DNA of 59,996 bases from a virus (Duplodnaviria; Caudoviricetes). The stretch lies in the IMG/VR virus record IMGVR_UViG_3300037264_000454, positions 1 to 59,996 of that record, one strand, 5' to 3'. Position numbers and translations under genes: made by a program. Below the pieces are notes generated by a model, which was not told where the DNA came from, made no database searches, and saw nothing but the letters and a program-made list of their open reading frames with translations. Numbering within the stretch: position 1 is the first letter of the stretch; the number at the start of each line of letters is the position of its first letter. This document shows positions 53,647 through 59,996 of this stretch, one piece after another.

Positions 53647-54031
53647 GGTGGGCCTCCCGGTCGTTGGCTTCCCGCACGAGTTCGTCGTAGCACGTCATGC
53701 AGACGGGAACACCCTCGACGTCGTGGCGGATCGCCTCAGTGGTGAAGTCTCCGCACCCGCTCTCGCAGGCTTCCGTCTCAGTGTCGTCGAGGAAGAACAC
53801 GAAGGCGTCCCGAAACTCGGTCACGTTCCCGAGACAGACGTGCTCCAGCACTTGGTCGAAGATGTTGGGCAGGGACGATTCGGGGGTCAGTTTGTTGCCG
53901 ACCGCCTCCGCCCTCTCCGCCCGCTGCACCTGCTCGTCGAGGGCGGCGTCGGCGAGTTCAGCGGGGTGTGACGTGAAGGCTACGGTCTTGCGGTATGCCT
54001 TCCACTCCTCCAGCGCCGGGTAGTCAGTCAT
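53636..54031 (-). CDS. hypothetical protein
   Basis: RBS AGGAAGGAG; co-oriented. Confidence 0.5.
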   Translation of the reverse strand: MTDYPALEEWKAYRKTVAFTSHPAELADAALDEQVQRAERAEAVGNKLTPESSLPNIFDQVLEHVCLGNVTEFRDAFVFFLDDTETEACESGCGDFTTEAIRHDVEGVPVCMTCYDELVREANDREAHHDH

Positions 54032-54368
54032 GATCGCTCCTTCCTATGGCCACGTAGTCGCCCCCGAAGTCGTCGTCGTCGTCTAGCCACCGAACGGCCA
54101 CCCAGTCGAATGTCGCTGACGCCCACCCATCGGGGCTCATCGGGTGGTCGCGACGAACATGCATGTAGTGCCCGTGAACCGCTACATGCTGGTCGTCGGA
54201 TACGCACTGGAAGACGTAGCAACCGTCGTCGGGAGACGCGAGCGATTCCTTGGCGGTCTCGGATGCCGCCTCGCGACCGCCGCTGGCAGCTGCCTCTAGG
54301 ATTGCCAGAGCGACGCGGCGGGTTATCCTCTCGTGCTCTGCTCCAAACCCCAACAGAATGCTACTCAT
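54024..54368 (-). CDS. hypothetical protein
   Basis: Co-oriented ORF. Confidence 0.45.
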   Translation of the reverse strand: MSSILLGFGAEHERITRRVALAILEAAASGGREAASETAKESLASPDDGCYVFQCVSDDQHVAVHGHYMHVRRDHPMSPDGWASATFDWVAVRWLDDDDDFGGDYVAIGRSDHD

Positions 54369-54691
54369 GAGGGTGCTCTTTTTCTCGGTTGGCTTGGACG
54401 GCGACCTTGCATAGTGCGATGAAGATGGCGGTCATGGGGTCTCCACCCTCGTTAGCGCGGCGTCGAAACGAAGCAGCGCCTCACCGGCCGACGCCCGTGT
54501 CTTGAACGTACCGATGGTCTCGCGTTCGCAGAGGTCGTGGTTCGTGCTGGCAGACCAGTGGCGCGGTCCGTCGCGCATGATGATTCCGCGCCACGTTGCT
54601 GGGCTGGGATTGCCATCGAACACGCTGTAGCACATGCAGCCGTCGTGGACACACCAGCAGACGCCGCAGGTGGGGCGGTATTGGATTCTGG

Positions 54692-54913
54692 TCATGGTGC
54701 TACCTCCTGCCCACACGTCGGGCATGTCGGAATCTCAGGTTCGTCTTCGATCACGCAGCGGGCCGGCACCTTCAGCGGGTACTTGCGCCCCTTGGCGAGC
54801 ACGACCACGCCGCCGCCGCAGCGCTCGACGATCTCTACTTCGGTGCCTTCGCGTTCGACGGGGAGGACGCCGGCGAGGTCGTGGAGGCGGCCCCTCAATC
54901 GCACATCGGACAT
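54692..54913 (-). CDS. hypothetical protein with C-terminal CPTCG
   Basis: GGGGG RBS; co-oriented. Confidence 0.45.
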   Translation of the reverse strand: MSDVRLRGRLHDLAGVLPVEREGTEVEIVERCGGGVVVLAKGRKYPLKVPARCVIEDEPEIPTCPTCGQEVAP

Positions 54914-55779
54914 TGGAGTACCCCCTTCTCGTTCGGTGTCAGGTAGGTGCCGCACTTGCAGGATTGCCGGGGTGGCGCCGAGGGTTTGCCGTTGCCCCTG
55001 GCCGGCGCGTGTGCCGTGGGATCGAGCCACTCCCGCCAGCGATTCGGCTTCTTGGCCAGGAACGTGCAGCCGTGCTTGAGCGGCGTCTCACTCGTTTCAC
55101 AGTGGCGACGATACTTGACGACCGCGGTGAGCAGATCGTCTCGAGAAGCCGTCTTGCGCCAGTGGCCGTACAGGAGTCGGGCGTCGGCCTTGCTGCCGTT
55201 CTTGCCGGATGCTTCCCACCATTGCGCGAAGTCGTCGTCGAAATCGATCAAGTCTTTACCCGTAGGGTTACTGCGCTTCGGACCGTTACGGTCCGTACCG
55301 GACCGGGGCAGGGCTACCGACCCATCTGCGTTACCGCTTCGGGTCTGTACAGCAGCGCTAGCGTCACTGTAGACAGCGCGTACCCACCTCCGTCCGTCCT
55401 TCGAAACGCCCTCTGTGACGTCGACGCTTACCCACGTCGGCAGGGGTAGATCGGGCGGTTGCGGGTTGCGCGGGTGCTCGTGCTGGTGGAAGGTGCGGAT
55501 GTAGAGGTAGCGCTTGCCGTCCTGGTCGTAGGGCACAAGCTTGCCCGCCGCCACGTACTCATCCCGCCACTGCTCCAGCAACTCAATCGTGATGTCGGAG
55601 TCGAGCGGCGACGGCCATAGTGACAGCTTCCACTCAAACTGGTCATCCTCAAGACATCCGCTGTCTTCAGCGAGCGCCCACAGACCTGAGTACGTCGTGC
55701 GCTTGTCGCGGTGCCAGCGCAGGAGTTCGCCGTCGGTGAAGTAGTCGGCCTTACGGATGCGGTTGCGCAGGCGTGCCAC
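54895..55779 (-). CDS. phage replication initiator (replisome organiser-like)
   Basis: N-terminal R.R..K..F..D..GLW..AED.G..YL.I..F..H; C-terminal F.QWW..K.G.K..A..HG.TFL..RW.EW. Confidence 0.7.
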   Translation of the reverse strand: MARLRNRIRKADYFTDGELLRWHRDKRTTYSGLWALAEDSGCLEDDQFEWKLSLWPSPLDSDITIELLEQWRDEYVAAGKLVPYDQDGKRYLYIRTFHQHEHPRNPQPPDLPLPTWVSVDVTEGVSKDGRRWVRAVYSDASAAVQTRSGNADGSVALPRSGTDRNGPKRSNPTGKDLIDFDDDFAQWWEASGKNGSKADARLLYGHWRKTASRDDLLTAVVKYRRHCETSETPLKHGCTFLAKKPNRWREWLDPTAHAPARGNGKPSAPPRQSCKCGTYLTPNEKGVLQCPMCD

Positions 55780-56099
55780 TATCCCCGCCCCCGCCTTACG
55801 AAGTACCCCGCCCGCGCTGGGTGCTCTTCGCAGTAGAGGTCGACGAGCCCGGCCACGATACTGTTGTCGATCTGGCGCCGATGCCCGTCCGGCTGATTGA
55901 CCCCGCCACGCAGGTTCTCGGCGTAGCGCTTAAACGATGGTCGGACGCCGAGCCGGATGTCGCGCTGTACCCATCCGTCGCAGAGCTCCCAGGCGACGGG
56001 GTTGGCGTCGACCCATTCCCGTGCGCCGAGTGCCCGGTCGCGGTTGTAGCGCCGTGTGTGCGTCTGTGGCGGGTCGAAGAGGGTGAGGGTGGCGGTCAT
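55779..56099 (-). CDS. hypothetical protein
   Basis: ANP..W..E.LR..IDNS..YF..R pattern. Confidence 0.55.
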   Translation of the reverse strand: MTATLTLFDPPQTHTRRYNRDRALGAREWVDANPVAWELCDGWVQRDIRLGVRPSFKRYAENLRGGVNQPDGHRRQIDNSIVAGLVDLYCEEHPARAGYFVRRGRG

Positions 56100-56103
56100 G
56101 CGC

Positions 56104-56361
56104 TCACCCGCCCCAGTCGTCGGGGTCTTCGCCTAGAACCTCACGACACGCCTCTTTCATCGCGCCGCGTCGGCGGTCCTTCTCCATCTCAATCAGCGGC
56201 CCCATGACGTAGAGACCGAGTCGCCCTAGCGGTTTCGCTTGCGGTAGATAGTCGACGGGTCCGTACCCAAAGACGCCGATGTGTGCGCGCTGGGCACGGT
56301 TGCACCAATCAGACTTCACGCGCTTCGGCATGGCGAGGAAGATGGCGTCGCGGATCGTCAT
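56104..56361 (-). CDS. hypothetical protein
   Basis: ATGA overlap. Confidence 0.45.
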   Translation of the reverse strand: MTIRDAIFLAMPKRVKSDWCNRAQRAHIGVFGYGPVDYLPQAKPLGRLGLYVMGPLIEMEKDRRRGAMKEACREVLGEDPDDWGG

Positions 56362-56852
56362 GCGCCGTCCCTCCAATCCACGATTGCGGACACGCTACCG
56401 AACACCGGCACGCCGCATTCGTTGGCCCGCTCCCGTTCACGATCCGCGCCCGGCGACGGGCCGAGGAACAGCATCGCGTCACAGACCTCGACGAAGGCGA
56501 GGTTCGGATCGGCGTAGTCCGCGTACTCCATGTCGCCGGCGTAGAGGCCGGTGAGCAGGTCGGCGGCGGGGTTGAACGGCGCGAACTTGTGCCGTCTGAG
56601 TTCCCGGTCGGCGACAAGGAACGCATGCGTGTTGGCGAGGTATCCGCAGGCGTTGTCATTGAGCGGCCCGGCGATGAACACGCGCAGGGGTGAAGTTCTA
56701 ATCGAGGGTTTCGCCGTAGCCTCAGCGTCGTGCGTAACCTCAACTTCGGCATGAGGCTTCCCGTTGAACACTGCGGTCCAGTCTTCGCACGCTGACAGGT
56801 CGAGGCCGCGCTTGCCACAGGTGTCGTCTCGGCAGGTGTTGCAGGTCTTCAT
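56358..56852 (-). CDS. nucleoside 2-deoxyribosyltransferase-like (DUF4406-like) protein
   Basis: RVFIAGP..PFNPA..CDA..SPGADRE..A...GVPVF. Confidence 0.7.
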   Translation of the reverse strand: MKTCNTCRDDTCGKRGLDLSACEDWTAVFNGKPHAEVEVTHDAEATAKPSIRTSPLRVFIAGPLNDNACGYLANTHAFLVADRELRRHKFAPFNPAADLLTGLYAGDMEYADYADPNLAFVEVCDAMLFLGPSPGADRERERANECGVPVFGSVSAIVDWRDGA

Positions 56853-57388
56853 GCCGCCTCCTCAGATCCAAGAGTCGCGGGAACATCGCCGCACCGTACC
56901 AGCAGTCCGTACAGCACCTCTATGCGGCGATGGGTCCGGTACTCGATAGTGCGGTACTCGCCGACGCGCGGAGCGTTGCTGCGCAGACCCAGCATGCGGG
57001 CGATCTGAATGCCCGAGATGCCGGCGCGCCGCATGGCCGAAACGCGAGCGACCGCCGTGTCGGCTGGTACGCGATGTCTAGGACCGATGTCGTCGACGGT
57101 CACGGCCAGAATCAGGTCGGCGTTGCCGCGACGTATCTTCTGGGCTTTGCGGACGCTGTAGGAGAGTCCCTCAGTGCTGAGTCCGGCCACCGCAGCGATG
57201 GCACGCAGGGACATGCCCTGGGCGCACAGCAGGGCGACGTGGTCGCGCGCCGGTTGAACGGGCACCCAGCGCTTGATCCCCCAGCGCATGTCCTGCTCCC
57301 ACTCGCGGGCGTAGGCGCGGCCGGCCTCGGTGCAGGGGTCGCAGCGACAGCCGGTGCTGTAGGCGCCGTACGTGCCGTGGCGGGTCAT
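56849..57388 (-). CDS. zinc-finger plus double HTH DNA-binding protein
   Basis: HGTYGAY..GCRCDPC; GMSLRAIAAVAGLS; GISGIQIARMLG. Confidence 0.7.
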   Translation of the reverse strand: MTRHGTYGAYSTGCRCDPCTEAGRAYAREWEQDMRWGIKRWVPVQPARDHVALLCAQGMSLRAIAAVAGLSTEGLSYSVRKAQKIRRGNADLILAVTVDDIGPRHRVPADTAVARVSAMRRAGISGIQIARMLGLRSNAPRVGEYRTIEYRTHRRIEVLYGLLVRCGDVPATLGSEEAA

Positions 57389-57705
57389 GTGGCGGCCTGC
57401 CATCGTGAAGGCTTGAAGTGACAGGAGTCGTGAGAGTCCACGACGTATCCGCCGTCCTCTATGGACGCACAATGACCGGACTGCTCGGCCAGGGCGATGT
57501 CGCACCCGAATCCGTTGTAGTCGTCGTGGCCGCTCTTGCAGTTTCCGCAACACCTCAGTCCCATCGCGATCGTGCGCCAGTGCTCGGCGTACTCCTGCAG
57601 CTCACTCGGCCGCCAGGTTGCGAATGACGGATCGGCCGGCAGACCGTCGTCGCCCATCCTCTCGAGCCCGTCCATCGTCGTGTGGTGCCAGTCGATCGCG
57701 CTCAT
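57385..57705 (-). CDS. hypothetical protein with CCGNC module
   Basis: LRCCGNC..CHFKPSRW. Confidence 0.55.
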   Translation of the reverse strand: MSAIDWHHTTMDGLERMGDDGLPADPSFATWRPSELQEYAEHWRTIAMGLRCCGNCKSGHDDYNGFGCDIALAEQSGHCASIEDGGYVVDSHDSCHFKPSRWQAAT

Positions 57706-58334
57706 ACCAGCGGCCCGATTTCGCCGTCCAGGTAGCGGGTGAAGAGTTCGCGCTGTTCGTCCCGCGCCGCGCCCCGCGCCGCGCCCCACGCCGCGCCCCA
57801 CGCCGCGCCCCACGCCGCGCGCCGCGCCGCGCGCCGCGCCGCGTCCCACGCCGCGTCCCACGCCGCGCCCCGCGCCGCGTCCCACGCCGCGTCCCACGCC
57901 GCGTCCCACGCCGCGTCCTCAATTCCTCCGGTGCCGAACTCGGCGAAGCCGGTGAGTAGGTCAAGAATCGCTCCGTAGAACTCGCGTTCGTCGTCGTCCA
58001 CGAGATAGGCGACGCGGCGGGCGCAGTCGATGGCGAACATCCGCAGCGTGTAGTCGGACCATGCGGGAACGCGCCTCACCAGCCGAGCCTGCTCCGCGCA
58101 GGACTTGTCGCTACCCTTGACGACCTCGCCGCGTACCTCGATCTCGTACAGGTCGGGGCCGTAGTGAACCAGCAGGTCGAGCGGATCGTCGCAGAAGTGA
58201 TAGCCGCTATCGCACGGCACGGCGGGCACCTTCGGAATCCACTTGCCGGGACGCTTGCCGTGCGGCATGTAGTCGGAGTAGTCGCCGTGTCCGTAAGCTC
58301 CAGTGGTGCCGTTCATTGTCTTGTACAGTTTCAT
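57702..58334 (-). CDS. DUF7666-like protein with AAWD/AAWG repeats
   Basis: [27 protein letters not shown]; C-terminal low-complexity repeat. Confidence 0.65.
   Translation of the reverse strand: MKLYKTMNGTTGAYGHGDYSDYMPHGKRPGKWIPKVPAVPCDSGYHFCDDPLDLLVHYGPDLYEIEVRGEVVKGSDKSCAEQARLVRRVPAWSDYTLRMFAIDCARRVAYLVDDDEREFYGAILDLLTGFAEFGTGGIEDAAWDAAWDAAWDAARGAAWDAAWDAARRAARRAAWGAAWGAAWGAARGAARDEQRELFTRYLDGEIGPLV
57762..57917. repeat. 12-bp coding tandem repeat (cacgccgcgtcc-type)
   Basis: About 13 copies encoding [12 protein letters not shown]. Confidence 0.9.
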
Positions 58335-58359
58335 CGTCCCCTCCGTTTCAAAATCTGCC

Positions 58360-59001
58360 TCACGACGCCACCGCCCGCCGCTCGAAGATCGAGAACATGC
58401 GCGTCGCCCTTTGGAAGCCCGTCACCACGGCGATGAGTCCGACAAGTTTCCAGTCGCGGCGGCGGTATGACGGGTAGTACGTGTGTAGCACCCCGAGATG
58501 GCCGCCGACGCGGAGCAGGCGGTGCGACTCTGACATGAACCCGCGCAGGGGGAACGGCGGGCAGCCGTACTTGGCGCTGTCCTCTTTCGTGTACGGCGGG
58601 TCGCTCAGGATGAGGTCGAAGGATCCGTCTGGCAGTGGGATCGCGTCAGCTGAGGCGAGGATCTGAGGGCGGCGTACTTCGTCTTCCACCATGTCCACCG
58701 TCACACCCGGCCCCGTCACGGTGCCGCTTGGACAATGGAGAATGTCGTCGGCGCCGGGGAACAGCGCCAACGCCCGCTTGAGGAATGTCGGCGGGTACTG
58801 ACCATGTAGGGTGACCTTCGTCCAGGACGTGCCGCAGTACCAGACGCCATACGTCCAACCCTTGTCGCTCACGGTGACGGGATACTTCGGGAAGGCGGCG
58901 TTGAGGGCGGCTACGTTGGGGTCGAATCTTCTGAGGAATACTCTCGCGTAGTCCTCCGCGTCCCCGAGGCGGAGCACTTCTTCGCATTCAGGTGCCCTCA
59001 C
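58360..59001 (-). CDS. adenine-specific methyltransferase-like protein
   Basis: GQYPP.FL, LH..SG, FDLILSDPPY..D..KY. Confidence 0.75.
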   Translation of the reverse strand: MRAPECEEVLRLGDAEDYARVFLRRFDPNVAALNAAFPKYPVTVSDKGWTYGVWYCGTSWTKVTLHGQYPPTFLKRALALFPGADDILHCPSGTVTGPGVTVDMVEDEVRRPQILASADAIPLPDGSFDLILSDPPYTKEDSAKYGCPPFPLRGFMSESHRLLRVGGHLGVLHTYYPSYRRRDWKLVGLIAVVTGFQRATRMFSIFERRAVAS

Positions 59002-59204
59002 GACGCCACCGCCAGCCGTTCACCGATACCGGCGATCGATCGGCAACGCTTGCAGTCGCCGGTCAGTCTGTCGCGTTCGCTGTTGTCGACGGCGAAGTAC
59101 TCCGTCGATTTCGGCCGCTTGTGCCCGCAGACGTAGCAGACCTTGCCGCCGAAGATGAGGTAGTCGATCTCGTCGACTTCGGGTTCGATGTAGCGGAGGC
59201 TCAT
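58998..59204 (-). CDS. small zinc-finger protein
   Basis: KVCYVCG..K..EYF..CKRC. Confidence 0.55.
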   Translation of the reverse strand: MSLRYIEPEVDEIDYLIFGGKVCYVCGHKRPKSTEYFAVDNSERDRLTGDCKRCRSIAGIGERLAVAS

Positions 59205-59386
59205 GCCGCCGCCTTCGAGTGGTGGATGCAGCAGAAGTCGGCGTCGGTGATAAGCACGCCGCCGCGTGGTTTGATGTACCACGATCCGCGAACGGTGCAG
59301 GTTCCCGAGTACTGGAACGGCGCGGGATGACGATCCCAGAACCGGCAGTTGTCGCACTGGACGGGCGCGAAGCAGGTCGGCTTCAT
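59201..59386 (-). CDS. small Cys-rich protein
   Basis: CDNCRFW..GTC..DFCC.H. Confidence 0.5.
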   Translation of the reverse strand: MKPTCFAPVQCDNCRFWDRHPAPFQYSGTCTVRGSWYIKPRGGVLITDADFCCIHHSKAAA

Positions 59387-59996
59387 ACCGCCACCTCCCC
59401 CCCATTGATGTCGACCTCGTACACAGGGCGACAGGCGGCGCGGAAACGGATCTTGCCCGTGTCGCCGTCGGGGTTGGGGTGTCCAAGATCGGCCACCTTG
59501 ATGGGAACGGCGACGAAGTGCGTGCCGGACTCGTGATACCACTGCGCTTGAGCCGGCGACGCGCATCCGTGCAGGCCGCGTCCACAGTCACGGGGGGCGG
59601 CGTCGAAGTCGGACGCCACGGGCTTGCTGCCGGGGCTGTAGTCGGTCTTGTACGGCGTCGTCCACTCGTCGTCGACGCATTTGTAGAGGGTGACGACGCC
59701 GCGCTTGGCGGTGACGCCGTGGTAGTCGAGCCAAGCCTGCGGGGTGTCGATGTGCGGCGGGGTGATGATGACTCCGCCGATGATCGTCGCGGCCGCGCTC
59801 AATCTGTGGACTGCGGTGTATGGAGCGGCCGTGACCGTGGCCGAGCCGTAGGCCGTGACCGTGGCCGAGCCGTAGGCCGTGACCGTGGCCGAGCCGTAGG
59901 CCGTGACCGTGGCCGAGCCGTAGGCCGTGACCGTGGCCGAGCCGTAGGCCCTGACCGTGGCCGAGCCGTAGGCCGTGACCGTGGCCGAGTCGTAGG
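59383..59996 (-). CDS. C-terminal part of the SATVTAYG-repeat protein (DUF7666-like domain); starts beyond the right edge
   Basis: Repeats continue in frame into ..TLYKCVD..Y.PG..DCGRGLH..SP..A..Y..GKIR. Confidence 0.8.
   Translation of the reverse strand, partial: YDSATVTAYGSATVRAYGSATVTAYGSATVTAYGSATVTAYGSATVTAYGSATVTAAPYTAVHRLSAAATIIGGVIITPPHIDTPQAWLDYHGVTAKRGVVTLYKCVDDEWTTPYKTDYSPGSKPVASDFDAAPRDCGRGLHGCASPAQAQWYHESGTHFVAVPIKVADLGHPNPDGDTGKIRFRAACRPVYEVDINGGEVAV
59828..59996. repeat. 24-bp coding tandem repeat, same unit as 23-316
   Basis: About 7 copies, same orientation as the left-end array. Confidence 0.95.

Overview
GC-rich tailed dsDNA phage (siphovirus-like architecture), probably a complete or near-complete circular genome. 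One CDS with 24-bp SATVTAYG repeats runs off the left end and resumes at the right end. Almost all genes are on the minus strand. Recognisable modules: packaging and head (terS, terL, portal, MuF-like protein, scaffold, major capsid), neck and tail (two tail-tube paralogues, frameshifted tail chaperones, tape measure, minor tails), an amidase endolysin, four DNA methyltransferase-like genes, several HNH endonucleases, an RNA/tRNA repair set (two RNA ligases, a CCA-adding enzyme, a second nucleotidyltransferase), a RecE-like exonuclease and a replication initiator. The standout is at 716-1771: a six-unit stem-loop array (variable stem, GCCA, 9-nt spacer, CGAAACCCA, 9-nt spacer, CGC, stem; 57-58 nt period). 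It lies inside the open 5' reading frame of a protein with an IS110/Nop-like RNA-binding domain and no nuclease domain, which matches a TIGR-Tas-like RNA-guided system (TasA-like). Other oddities: a ~600-nt structured non-coding region, an HNH gene overprinted inside a methyltransferase, a portal gene with no canonical start codon, a convergent inverted duplication of a promoter plus HTH gene, and two unrelated small-terminase-like genes. All family assignments come from motif recognition by eye; no database searches were run.
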